Positions 18,910-28,459 of a DNA stretch of 64,000 nt are shown here, piece by piece. The notes below the pieces were generated by a model. That model made no database searches, had not been told where the DNA came from, and saw nothing but the letters and a program-made list of their open reading frames with translations. The position numbers and the translations under genes were made by a program. Position 1 is the stretch's first letter, and each line of letters starts with the position of its first letter. The stretch comes from Candidatus Multivoradales bacterium (GTDB taxonomy: Bacteria > Acidobacteriota > Thermoanaerobaculia > Multivoradales > Multivoraceae), in the NCBI GenBank assembly GCA_965223325.1, contig CBDCWI010000002.1, forward strand, positions 128,001 to 192,000, in the 5' to 3' direction.

Positions 18910-20457
18910 ATGAGACTGATGGGTTCAAGGCCTGGGGTTGGCGCGCTTCTTCTCTGTGCACTGGTCGTCGCTGGCTGCGGCGAGTCGGGCGAGGAGCGCG
19001 CCCGTGCTACCGCCGGTTCGGCGGTGGTGCAGAGCGCTGGGGGGAGTTTCGATCAAGAGACCCGCGCCACCCTGGCCGAGGTCGGAATCCGACAGGTCTT
19101 CCAGCGCGCCTTCGAGATCGATCGCCAGGACGGCGAGCTGACCATCGACGCCCTGGACGACGCCTCGATCGTTCGTGGCACCCAGCTTCACCTGGTGGTT
19201 GGGGGGCGCTTCAGAGGTGGCGACGCGCGGCTGCAACAGCAGGCTCGCGAGCTGGGTGAGGCGCTGCGCGGCCGCCTGCACGACGAGAGTGTTGCCGGGA
19301 GCGAGCTGCTCGGTGTGCACCTCGACATTCGAATCGACGACGAGGAGAAGGCGACGGCCGAGGCGTACGCTGGTCTTGTCCGCGGTCTACGGCGGGGGCT
19401 CGACAAGCGCTTCGTTCTCAGCGTCGCGCTGCCCCTGCAGGGAGTCATCGACGAGGGGCCGCTTCAGATCGCAGCGCGCGAGGCCGATTCGGTCGTCGTA
19501 CGGGTGTTCGGGCAGCCGCCGAGTGAACCTGACGATCCATCCTGGTGGGAGGTCGAACCGGCGGTCGAGCGGGCCCTGGCGCTCGAGGATGCGAACGTCG
19601 CGGTCTACCACCTACTGATTCACACGATGGGAAGAGCGCGCTCGATCGATGAGTCCGGCCGGCCGGTAGGTGACGATCGCATTCTTCGCGATCTGCCACT
19701 CGAGTCGATCATGCGCTCGGGCTCGATTCGGCTCGAACCGATCTTCTCGTTCGAGGGATTCGACCGCCAGGTCTTCGATCTCTTGTCGGCCGGGGCGGGC
19801 ATGGGACTCGGTGCCGGCCGGGCTGCCAGAGGAACGCGGATACGCGTCATGCGACCGACGGCCTATCCGATTGCCGAGTTGGTCGCGGCGCTCGATCAAC
19901 AGGACCTCCCAGGTCGCCTCGGCGAGGTGTACTCTCGCCTGCCCGGTGGGAAGGAGAACCTCTCGGTGACCCCCGAACAGCTTCGCTGGGCACTCGAGCG
20001 TCGGAGCGAGGAGGGTGGCCCGAAACCGCCACTTGCTGTCGAGGTCGTGCCAACCGGTGGCAACCAACGGCCCACTTCGATCGTCGTGCGCATCACCAAT
20101 CCGGGACCGTTGACGACTGGGGCAGCGGTCAGTGGCGACGACTGGGTGGAGATCAGGTTGCATCGCGGGCGCTTCGGATCCGTCGACCCGGGTGATTTCT
20201 TGCGCCCCGAGTTTCTCATCGGCGAAGCCCTCGATGCCGGTCGCGAGCCCGCCAACGCTCGACCGATCCGCAACGCCGACGTCGTCCGGTTGCACTATCC
20301 GTTGATCGATCCCGGCTGGACCATCGAAAGCGGACGCATTCGCCTGCGGCCCGGAGCCTCACGCTTCCGCATCGAGGTGCGCGCCCGGCGCCTGCTTCCG
20401 GGTGGGGGTGTAGTCGAGACCGAACCGATCCTTCTACCGCCGGATGGCAGTGGGTAG
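18910..20457 (+). CDS. Lipoprotein with DUF3142/GH18-like barrel and C-terminal beta domain
   Basis: Lipobox VVAG-C. LGVHLDI...AYAGLVRGLRRGLDKRFVLSVALP resembles DUF3142-type sequences. Confidence 0.6.
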   Translation: MRLMGSRPGVGALLLCALVVAGCGESGEERARATAGSAVVQSAGGSFDQETRATLAEVGIRQVFQRAFEIDRQDGELTIDALDDASIVRGTQLHLVVGGRFRGGDARLQQQARELGEALRGRLHDESVAGSELLGVHLDIRIDDEEKATAEAYAGLVRGLRRGLDKRFVLSVALPLQGVIDEGPLQIAAREADSVVVRVFGQPPSEPDDPSWWEVEPAVERALALEDANVAVYHLLIHTMGRARSIDESGRPVGDDRILRDLPLESIMRSGSIRLEPIFSFEGFDRQVFDLLSAGAGMGLGAGRAARGTRIRVMRPTAYPIAELVAALDQQDLPGRLGEVYSRLPGGKENLSVTPEQLRWALERRSEEGGPKPPLAVEVVPTGGNQRPTSIVVRITNPGPLTTGAAVSGDDWVEIRLHRGRFGSVDPGDFLRPEFLIGEALDAGREPANARPIRNADVVRLHYPLIDPGWTIESGRIRLRPGASRFRIEVRARRLLPGGGVVETEPILLPPDGSG

Positions 20458-21205
20458 GCCAGCCGAGCCGGAAGAGTGGGTAGGACCCGAGGGGGCCCCG
20501 GACGACACGTCGAGGCTGTACAGATTCCTGCGTCTTCCGATCGATGATCTAGATACGGTGCTGGGTGTGGTCACGAACCGCCGTGCACTGGTCGTTCTCT
20601 TCCTCGGACTGCTGCTCGGCTGGTGGGTCTATGTCCCGGTTCACGAAGGGCTTCACGTTCTCGGGTGCATGGCCACCGGCGGTACTGTCGAGCGCCTGGA
20701 ACTCTCACCGCTCTACGGTGGGCGGGTGCTCGAACGCATTTCGCCGTTGGTCGTGGCTGCGGGTCCCTACGCGGGGCGGCTGGCGGGCTTTGAACCCAAT
20801 GGCGACCTGGGGTGGGCAGCGACCACCCTGACGCCTTACTTGTTGACCTTGCTGCCGGGACTCTGGCTGCTGCGCCGGGCGGCCCGTCGGCGGGCGGCGT
20901 TCGTTGCGGGTCTTGCCATGCCGATGGCCTTTGCACCCTGGATTTCGCTCCCCGGCGACACCTACGAGCTGGGTAGTCTGGCGGTGGTTCAGTGGCCGGG
21001 GTTCCCGAACGCCGAGCGCGAGCTCGTCGTTGGTGACGATGTGTTGGTTGTCCTCGAACGCTTGCGCGACACCGGGGTCTTTTCGGTGGCGGGTCTTGCG
21101 GTGGCTCTGGCGATCGTCGTCGGACTCTTCTGGGCGTTCGTGTGGACCCACCTCGCCGATTGGATTGCCCACAAACTCGGCGAGCCTCGCTATGCTCGCC
21201 CGTGA
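20444..21205 (+). CDS. Membrane protein with HEXXH motif (M50-like metallopeptidase)
   Basis: TM-embedded VPVHEGLH, later AAGP and LPGD motifs, ~4 TM segments. Confidence 0.65.
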   Translation: MAVGRPAEPEEWVGPEGAPDDTSRLYRFLRLPIDDLDTVLGVVTNRRALVVLFLGLLLGWWVYVPVHEGLHVLGCMATGGTVERLELSPLYGGRVLERISPLVVAAGPYAGRLAGFEPNGDLGWAATTLTPYLLTLLPGLWLLRRAARRRAAFVAGLAMPMAFAPWISLPGDTYELGSLAVVQWPGFPNAERELVVGDDVLVVLERLRDTGVFSVAGLAVALAIVVGLFWAFVWTHLADWIAHKLGEPRYARP

Positions 21206-22113
21206 TGGACATGGCAGTTCGATTGCGAGAGTTGGCAGGGCTCGGCGTTGTCGTCGGGCCTGGGCTCGCCCGCCTGGAGCAGTTGGCGGCCGTGGGCCTT
21301 CTGAGCGCTCTGCTCGGGGCCTGCGCACCGACGGCTGAGGCGGGTCGTACGAACGGTGGCGATGGCGCCTTGTCCAACCCACCAGCAGGAGCTGGGGAGT
21401 CGGCGGTCGCCGAGAATGCGGCGGGCCCGCAGCGCCTGCAGCTCGAGGTGATCGCTCAGTACCCGCACGATCCGGAGGCCTACACACAAGGGCTCCTGTG
21501 GTTCGATGGGCGGGTCTACGAGAGCACCGGGCAGTACGGTCGCTCACGGGTGCGGCGCTGGGATCTCGAGTCGGGGAGGGTCGAGGTCGACCGTGCGCTA
21601 CCCGACGACCTGTTTGGCGAGGGACTGGCGCGCGTCGAGGACCGCCTGGTTCAGATCACCTGGAAAGCCGGGCGGGCCTTCTTGTGGTCACTCGACGCGC
21701 TCGAGCCTCTGGGCGAGCTATCGTTTCGAGGCGAAGGCTGGGGCCTTGAGAGTGTCGGCGATCGTCTGGTGCTCTCCGACAGTACCCACGTGCTCCGCTT
21801 CCTCGATCCCGCCACGCTCGAGCAGGAAAGTCGCCTGGCGGTGCGTCGCGGCGGTTTCCCGGCCGACTCGCTCAATGAGCTCGAGTTCGACGGGACCCAT
21901 CTATGGGCCAACGTCTACCAGAGTGACGACATCCTACGGATTGATCCAGCGACCGGTGTGGTCACCGGTGTGGTCGACGCCAGCGGCCTTTTGAGCCCGG
22001 AGGAACGGCGCCGGGCCGAGGTCTTGAACGGCATCGCCTGGCGCCCTGAAACTGGCACTTTCTTGATCACCGGAAAACACTGGCCCCGAGTCTTCGAGGT
22101 CACCATCGAGTAA
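21202..22113 (+). CDS. Glutaminyl-peptide cyclotransferase (type I QC), probable lipoprotein
   Basis: YPHDPEAYTQGL, YESTGQYG, FGEGL, GEGWGL, LNELE, VLNGIAW, TGKHWP. Lipobox LLGAC. Start at 21202, 21205 or 21211. Confidence 0.93.
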   Translation: MMDMAVRLRELAGLGVVVGPGLARLEQLAAVGLLSALLGACAPTAEAGRTNGGDGALSNPPAGAGESAVAENAAGPQRLQLEVIAQYPHDPEAYTQGLLWFDGRVYESTGQYGRSRVRRWDLESGRVEVDRALPDDLFGEGLARVEDRLVQITWKAGRAFLWSLDALEPLGELSFRGEGWGLESVGDRLVLSDSTHVLRFLDPATLEQESRLAVRRGGFPADSLNELEFDGTHLWANVYQSDDILRIDPATGVVTGVVDASGLLSPEERRRAEVLNGIAWRPETGTFLITGKHWPRVFEVTIE

Positions 22114-22203
22114 CACTGCCTTTGAAACCCTCGTTGGCCATCGGTCGTTTTGAGGGTGACGAGAGGGAAACGAACGCTCGAGCAACTTCAAAGAGGCACA
22201 TCC

Positions 22204-23241
22204 ATGAGCAGTAACACCTGGTTCGTCGCAGTCGACGGCAAGCAGCTCGGTCCGTTCGACGAGGCAGATGTCATCGGTCGCATCGGGCGGGGCGAGATTC
22301 CGCGGGCGGCGCACGTCTACCGCGACGGCATGTCGGACTGGGAGCCCATCGAGTCGCAGCATGCCTTCAGGCAAGCCCTGGACGGCGGTTCAACGGTCGT
22401 TCCGCCGACCCCCGCAGCGAGCGCCACGACCGACGCCACCAAGGCCGCGCACGTCATCGACTACGAGGTCTTCGGTGAGGAGATGCAGTTCGTCGAGGTG
22501 ACCCTCGATCCCGGCGAGGCATGCATCGCCGAAGCAGGATCGTTCATGTTCATGGACCCTGGCATCGAGATGCAGACGATCTTCGGCGACGGTTCGGCAC
22601 AGACCGAGGGTAGTGGTTTGATGGGAAAGTTCTTGCAGGCGGGAAAGCGCGTGCTGACCGGTGAATCACTGTTCATGACGCTGTTCGGCAACCAGGGCGC
22701 TGGGCGCCAGAAGGTCGCCTTTGCTTCGCCGTATCCCGGCCGCATCATTCCCATCGATCTCGCGAAACATCAGGGTGCGATCATGTGTCAGAAAGACGCC
22801 TTCCTCTGCGCCGCGAAAGGGGTTGCGGTAGGAATCGCGTTTCAGAAGCGAATCGGTGCTGGCTTCTTCGGCGGTGAGGGCTTCATTCTGCAGAAGCTCG
22901 AGGGCGACGGGTTGTCGTTTCTTCACGCTGGCGGCACGGTGGTTCAAAAGGAGCTGGCGGCAGGTGAGACCATGCGTCTCGACACCGGCTGCCTGGTGGC
23001 CTTCGACAGTAGCGTGCGGTACGACATTCAGCTCGTGAGCGGAATCAAGACGGCACTCTTCGGCGGCGAAGGCCTGGTCTTTGCGACCTTGACCGGCCCC
23101 GGCACGGTATGGATTCAGTCGCTGCCCTTCAGTCGTCTCGCGAGTCGGGTGTATGCGGCAGCGCCGCAGACCGGCGGGCGGCGGGTTGGCGAGGGCTCGG
23201 TTCTGGGTACCCTCGGCGACGTCCTGGGTGGCGACCGCTGA
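22204..23241 (+). CDS. GYF_2 domain + AIM24/TIGR00266 family protein
   Basis: WFVAVDGKQLGPF...VYRDGMSDW (GYF_2). QKDAFLCAA, GGEGFILQKLEGDG, GPGTVWIQSLPFSRLA (AIM24). Confidence 0.92.
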   Translation: MSSNTWFVAVDGKQLGPFDEADVIGRIGRGEIPRAAHVYRDGMSDWEPIESQHAFRQALDGGSTVVPPTPAASATTDATKAAHVIDYEVFGEEMQFVEVTLDPGEACIAEAGSFMFMDPGIEMQTIFGDGSAQTEGSGLMGKFLQAGKRVLTGESLFMTLFGNQGAGRQKVAFASPYPGRIIPIDLAKHQGAIMCQKDAFLCAAKGVAVGIAFQKRIGAGFFGGEGFILQKLEGDGLSFLHAGGTVVQKELAAGETMRLDTGCLVAFDSSVRYDIQLVSGIKTALFGGEGLVFATLTGPGTVWIQSLPFSRLASRVYAAAPQTGGRRVGEGSVLGTLGDVLGGDR

Positions 23242-23291
23242 GGGCGGGAAGGGCTAAGCCGTCCAGGGCCGTGCGATATAATCGGTGCATT

Positions 23292-23561
23292 ATGTCCGAT
23301 GTCTCAAAGCCCGAGCCAAATCTGTACTTCTTCCCCGAGAGCGAGGTCACCGACAGTGAGCTTCGCGAGATTCTCGCCAGCGGAGAGCGCGGCAAGAAGG
23401 CTTGGGCGATCTCGCACTTGATGCGCTATGCACAGTGGGACGACATCTGGAAGTACACCAGCCGCGACGAGGTCCGCGACATGTTCCCCGACCTCGAACT
23501 GGGGTCGCTCACCGAGGCCTGGGCGCGCATGCTCAAGGTCGACGTCGCGCCCGTTGGCTAG
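23292..23561 (+). CDS. Small hypothetical protein (89 aa)
   Basis: Natural-looking helical sequence. TATAAT lies 9 nt upstream of the ATG. Confidence 0.8.
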   Translation: MSDVSKPEPNLYFFPESEVTDSELREILASGERGKKAWAISHLMRYAQWDDIWKYTSRDEVRDMFPDLELGSLTEAWARMLKVDVAPVG

Positions 23562-23949
23562 GTCCTTCCGCGGAGAACTCGAAAGGCCTGAACGGCTGCT
23601 CGAGACGGCGGCGGTGGATTGGACTCGTGATATTCTGAGAGGCTCATCGGCCGAGGATTCGCCCCCGGCGGGTTGTCTGTGTCTGCGGTACCCGACAGCC
23701 CACGAAACGCTCGTGCAACAAGGCTGCTCCCCGCAACGGCAACCAGCAGCCTGGCGCTCGAATCGTTGCTAGTACACGCCAGCTCGCGAGTTCCGTTGTA
23801 CTTGAAAGCGCCGTATGGTGTACTTGGTCGAATCTAGTAGTGCATGTCGCGCGCGGATAGGATTCTCGAAGAGAAAAATGTCCCTGCCGCGTCTCTCACG
23901 CGTACCTTCATGACCGCCGATACTTTCTAACCCCTGTAGACATTGACTT

Positions 23950-24025
<76 letters not shown>

Positions 24026-24048
24026 CGGTTCAGGCCGATCACGAGCCA

Positions 24049-24108
24049 TTCCTTCGACCAGGTTTTCTTGACCGGCCACCCTTCTTGACCGGCCAGATTC
24101 TTTGACCA
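24049..24108. repeat. Short tandem array (TTCTTGACCGGCCA x2 plus 2 degenerate copies)
   Basis: Exact copies at 24065 and 24082. Variants at 24049 and 24098. Confidence 0.75.
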
Positions 24109-24193
24109 GAGAGGGCGGAGCGGTCCGTTCATCCATCAACCCGTCGTGGTACCTGAGGGCCGTTGGGTTCTCGGGTCCCCTGGGAGGCACCAG

Positions 24194-24748
24194 ATGTCGA
24201 TCTTTCGCCGTGACACGACCACCCCGCCGCCGAGTCGCCCCGTGACTCCGGAGCGCACACCGAGCCCGACAAAGCCCGCCGACCGCCGGCCGGAGGTGCG
24301 ACCCTCAAAGGTGCGCGAGTCGTTGATTGCGCGTGGGACGGTCGTCGAGGGGGCCGTGCGCGGCGCGACCGAGGTCCTGATCGAAGGTGAGATTCGTGGC
24401 GAGGTGGACCTCGAGGGCCGGGTCGAAATCGGTTCGCACGGCAAGGTGCGAGGAGACGTCGCCGCCCAGTCGGCACATGTCGCCGGCGAGGTCAGTGGCA
24501 ACGTTCGAGGGCGTGATGTGGTCGAGGTCACAGCCACTGGAAAACTCGAGGGCGATGTCGAGGCGCCGCGGGTGATCATTCGCGAGGGCGCGTTCTTTCG
24601 CGGCAACATCAAGATGACCGGCGAACAGGCGAGCGCGGCGGCCAGGAAGAGCCCGCGCACGACCGCGAGCGGAGCGTCGGTCGAGCCAAGCGCCACGGCA
24701 CCATCAAAGCCGGAACCGAGCAAGGCGCAAGCGGCGGGAAAGAACTGA
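24194..24748 (+). CDS. Bactofilin (polymer-forming cytoskeletal protein)
   Basis: [40 protein letters not shown] beta-helix. GGAGG RBS. Confidence 0.93.
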   Translation: MSIFRRDTTTPPPSRPVTPERTPSPTKPADRRPEVRPSKVRESLIARGTVVEGAVRGATEVLIEGEIRGEVDLEGRVEIGSHGKVRGDVAAQSAHVAGEVSGNVRGRDVVEVTATGKLEGDVEAPRVIIREGAFFRGNIKMTGEQASAAARKSPRTTASGASVEPSATAPSKPEPSKAQAAGKN

Positions 24749-24750
24749 CG

Positions 24751-25866
24751 ATGCGGGTAGGCATTCCCCGCGAGGTCAAGAATCACGAGTACCGCGTTGG
24801 CATGACCCCGGCCGGGGTCCGTTCGTTGTGTGACGCCGGGCATGCGGTCGACGTCGAGAAGGGCGCCGGCCTCGGCAGCGGCATCGAAGACGCCGAATAC
24901 GAGCAGGCCGGCGCCAACATCATCGACGCGGCCGAAACGCTCTGGAAGAACGCCGAGATGATCGTCAAAGTCAAAGAGCCGGTAGAAGTCGAGTTCGACC
25001 GCCTGCAAGAAGGGCAGATTCTCTTCACCTATCTCCACCTGGCGCCGCTGCCTGATCTGACCGATGTGCTGCTAGTGAAGAACATCACCGGCATTGCCTA
25101 CGAGACGATTCGCGACCGTGAGGGGCATCTGCCGCTTCTGACCCCGATGTCGGAAGTGGCGGGCAGGATGTCGGTGATGGTGGGTTGCTACTACCTGCAA
25201 CGGCCGTATGGCGGCCGTGGCACCCTTCTGGCTGGTGTTCCCGGCGTGCCGCCTGGTGACGTGGTGATCATCGGTGGCGGCATTGTCGGGCTCAATGCGG
25301 CGCGGATGGCGCTCGGCCTCGGCGCTCGGGTCGTCATTCTCGACACCAATGTCACGCGCCTACGCGAGCTCGACGACCTCTTCGAAGGGCGCATCACCAC
25401 TCTCGCCTCGAACGCCTTCAATCTCGAGTCGGCGGTTGCACGGGCAGACCTGCTGGTTGGCGCGGTGTTGATCCCGGGGCGCTCGGCACCTCATCTGATC
25501 ACCCGCGAGATGTTGCCGACGATGAAGTCCGGCTCGGTGATCGTCGATGTTTCCGTCGATCAAGGGGGCTGCGTGGAGACCAGCCGTCCAACCACCCATT
25601 CCGATCCGACCTTCGAAGTCGACGGGGTGGTGCACTACTGCGTCGCCAACATGCCCGGTGCCGTCCCCCGCACGTCCACCTACGCTCTCGCCAACGTCAC
25701 GCTACCGTATGCCCAGGCGCTGGCCGATCTGGGACCAGAACGCGCTGCCAAACGCGACGAAGGTCTCGGTGCGGGCTTCAACACCTATCGCGGGTCGATC
25801 ACCTGCGCACCGGTGGCAGAGTCCCAGGAACGTACCTGGCGAACCCTCGATAGCTACCTGGCCTAG
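24751..25866 (+). CDS. ald: Alanine dehydrogenase
   Basis: [47 protein letters not shown]. Confidence 0.97.
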   Translation: MRVGIPREVKNHEYRVGMTPAGVRSLCDAGHAVDVEKGAGLGSGIEDAEYEQAGANIIDAAETLWKNAEMIVKVKEPVEVEFDRLQEGQILFTYLHLAPLPDLTDVLLVKNITGIAYETIRDREGHLPLLTPMSEVAGRMSVMVGCYYLQRPYGGRGTLLAGVPGVPPGDVVIIGGGIVGLNAARMALGLGARVVILDTNVTRLRELDDLFEGRITTLASNAFNLESAVARADLLVGAVLIPGRSAPHLITREMLPTMKSGSVIVDVSVDQGGCVETSRPTTHSDPTFEVDGVVHYCVANMPGAVPRTSTYALANVTLPYAQALADLGPERAAKRDEGLGAGFNTYRGSITCAPVAESQERTWRTLDSYLA

Positions 25867-25922
25867 GAGCTGCCCGAGCGCGAACCAGGATTCGAGGACC
25901 GGGCGCTCGAGGAGCTGGGCGC

Positions 25923-26909
25923 TCAGGGAACCGGCCACGATCGGTTGGTCGCCTCACACCAGAGGGAGACCAGATCGGGCGGTGGGGGAGCGACGACCGT
26001 GAGCGGCTCCTTCTCGACGGGATGGGGAAGCGTCAATCGCCAGGCATGGAGAGCCGGTCGTCCCATGGAACGAGTGACCAGACGTGCCTTCCCCTGCAGG
26101 TTCTTCCAACGCTCTTCGCCGTAGGTCGGGTCTCCGAGGATCGGGTGGCCCAGCGCCTTGAGGTGGACCCGAATCTGGTGGGTCCGCCCGGTCGCAATGT
26201 CGAGTTCGAAGAGCGTGATCCCGGCCTCGTGCGCGACCATCCGGTAGTGGGTGATTGCCGCGCGGCCCTTGGGGCGGATGCTGATGCGCTTGCGGTTGCG
26301 GGGATCGCGGCCCAGTGGTTTGGTGATCGTGCCCCGGTCCTCCCGCGGGCGATCCCAGGCGATCGCCAGGTAGCGCTTCTCGACCCTGCGCTCGGCAAAG
26401 GCACGCGAGAGTTCGGCATAGGCCTGTGGCGTGCGGGCCACCGCGAGGACACCTGACGTGCCGATGTCGAGCCGATGCACGATGCCGGGACGCTCGCTGC
26501 TTCCGACCTCTTGCAGCTCGGGGTAGGAGGCAATCAACCGATTCGCCAGGGTGCCGCTTGGCCGTCCGGCGCCCGGGTGGACTGCCAGGCCGGCGGGTTT
26601 GTCGACCACGAGCAACTGGTCGTCTTCATAGAGCAGAGGAAGGGGGCCCGGTTCGGGCACCACCGCGTGCGGCGGGGGAGACGCTGGAAGCTCGATCTGG
26701 ACTCTGCTGCCGGCTCGAAGCGGCGTCGCCACCCGGGCCCTTCTACCGTCGATCAGAACGCGGTGGTCTCGAATCAGGTGTTGGACACGGTTGCGCGGAA
26801 GGTCGAGACGTCGAGCGAGAGCCCGATCGAGACGCATCCCTTCGGCTTCCTCGGGCACCGTCCAGGAAACAGCGTTCGCGGACTGCTCTTCGGAGTGCTC
26901 AGCGCCCAC
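25923..26909 (-). CDS. rluD: RluA/RluD family pseudouridine synthase
   Basis: S4 RLDRAL, VDKPAGLAVHPG, GIVHRLDIGTSG, TGRTHQIRVH. Follows lspA. Confidence 0.92.
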   Translation of the reverse strand: MGAEHSEEQSANAVSWTVPEEAEGMRLDRALARRLDLPRNRVQHLIRDHRVLIDGRRARVATPLRAGSRVQIELPASPPPHAVVPEPGPLPLLYEDDQLLVVDKPAGLAVHPGAGRPSGTLANRLIASYPELQEVGSSERPGIVHRLDIGTSGVLAVARTPQAYAELSRAFAERRVEKRYLAIAWDRPREDRGTITKPLGRDPRNRKRISIRPKGRAAITHYRMVAHEAGITLFELDIATGRTHQIRVHLKALGHPILGDPTYGEERWKNLQGKARLVTRSMGRPALHAWRLTLPHPVEKEPLTVVAPPPPDLVSLWCEATNRSWPVP

Positions 26910-26930
26910 CGCGACAGACCTTTCTCTTCG

Positions 26931-27506
26931 CTACGAAGTCGAGACCTCGCGTTCGGACGGCGCAAGGGCAGCCGGGCGTCCCTCTTCCGCCTCGACGGAG
27001 CGCCTGGGTCGGATGGTCTCCCAGGCGAGCAGCGCGATTCCCACCGAAATCGCCGAGTCGGCAACGTTGAAGGTCGGAAAGTGGTGCGTTCCGACGAAGA
27101 AGTCGAGAAAGTCGGTCACGCCCCGAAACAGCAATCGATCGGTCAGGTTGCCGAGAGCACCACCGAGGATCAGAACGAGTGCGAAGAGCAGGCCGCGTTC
27201 GTGCTCGGGTGTCTTCCAGAAGTACAGCCCGATGATCGACAAAGCGGCCGTCCCCAGAGCGATCAGGCCGAGGGTTCCCCAGCCCCTGCCTCCGGTCGGG
27301 AAGAGACCAAAGGCGACTCCAGTGTTGGTGACGTGCACCAGATCGAAGAAACCTGAAATCACGCTCAGGTGTTCGCCACGGGCCAGATTGCGCTCGATCC
27401 ACAGCTTGGTCCACTGGTCCAGAACGAGAATGGCGAGCGAAATCAAGAGCAGGCGGTGGCGCAAACCGGTGGTGGAAGCGGTCTGTTCGTGGAGAGGCGC
27501 GGTCAT
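26931..27506 (-). CDS. lspA: Lipoprotein signal peptidase II
   Basis: LDQWTK, NTGVAFG, GALGNLTDR, VTDF, FNVADSAI. Confidence 0.97.
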   Translation of the reverse strand: MTAPLHEQTASTTGLRHRLLLISLAILVLDQWTKLWIERNLARGEHLSVISGFFDLVHVTNTGVAFGLFPTGGRGWGTLGLIALGTAALSIIGLYFWKTPEHERGLLFALVLILGGALGNLTDRLLFRGVTDFLDFFVGTHHFPTFNVADSAISVGIALLAWETIRPRRSVEAEEGRPAALAPSEREVSTS

Positions 27507-27515
27507 GGCCAGAGA

Positions 27516-28127
27516 TCATACACACGCCGCGCGTGCCATCGCGCGAATCGATTGCGGCTCGAGGAGCGCGCCAATCGCAGCGACCCCGCCGGCGCCGGCA
27601 GCGCGCGCTGCCGCGAGGTTCTGAGGCGTCACGCCGCCGAGCGCCAGGACGCGTCCAGCGCCGCTGCCGCAGGCGGTGATGGCTCCTGTTCCAAGCGCAT
27701 CGTGCCCGGGCTTGCTGCTCGTCGGCCAGATCGGGCTCAGGGTCACGAAGTCGGCACCGGCCGTCAACAGCCCGGGGACCTCGGCTGGATCGTGAGCTGC
27801 GCGACTGAGCAAGATGGTTCGCTCGCCCAGGTGGCGGTTGATGGCGGCAAGGGGTAGACCATCGGAGGGGAGATGCAACCCGTCCGCCCCGACGGCCAGG
27901 GCGACATCAAAACGCCCGTTGATGATGAGGGTGCCCCGATAGTGCCGGCGGGTCACCTGGGCAAGCTCGTAGAGCGCCTGATCGCTGAGGTCCTTTTCTC
28001 GAAGCTGCAGCGCGTCGACGCCCTCGCGGTCGAGGTGAGACAGCCAGGCGCGCCAGCTCACACCGAGGGCGAAAAGGCGCCGGCGTGCGGAAATCGCCAG
28101 CACGCGTGGTACACCGGATGGGGGCAT
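27516..28127 (-). CDS. Thiamine phosphate synthase / TenI family protein
   Basis: LQLREKDL, GADGLHL, SPIWPTSSKPG, VLALGGVT. Confidence 0.88.
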   Translation of the reverse strand: MPPSGVPRVLAISARRRLFALGVSWRAWLSHLDREGVDALQLREKDLSDQALYELAQVTRRHYRGTLIINGRFDVALAVGADGLHLPSDGLPLAAINRHLGERTILLSRAAHDPAEVPGLLTAGADFVTLSPIWPTSSKPGHDALGTGAITACGSGAGRVLALGGVTPQNLAAARAAGAGGVAAIGALLEPQSIRAMARAACV

Positions 28128-28140
28128 TGGGTGTGACGAC

Positions 28141-28419
28141 TCAGCCTGCCGGGGGCGAGCTCTTGCGCCAGGGGCGCCTGGCAAGCAGGCCCTCGAGGTC
28201 ATGGACGCCCCACACCAGGTGAACCAGGCCGAACCCGGTCACTGCGCCCCTGGCGATGGGGTGGAGAATCAGTGCCTGGGCTTCCGGCCACGGGAAGCGG
28301 CCGGCGAAGCGCACCCAGACGTCTCGCCAGGGGGCGAGGACCAGGAAGGCACCTGCCTCGATGCAGTAGAGGATGAAGAGCAGGCCGAGAACGGTGGTGG
28401 CGAAAGAGCGACGCGGCAT
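28141..28419 (-). CDS. Small membrane protein (2 TM)
   Basis: LFILYCIEAGAFLVLAPW...RGAVTGFGLVHLVWG. First gene of the run leading to thiE-like, lspA and rluD. Confidence 0.75.
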   Translation of the reverse strand: MPRRSFATTVLGLLFILYCIEAGAFLVLAPWRDVWVRFAGRFPWPEAQALILHPIARGAVTGFGLVHLVWGVHDLEGLLARRPWRKSSPPAG

Positions 28420-28459
28420 GAACCGCAATGCTAGCCGGTATCAGCCTCCTCGAGTGAGA

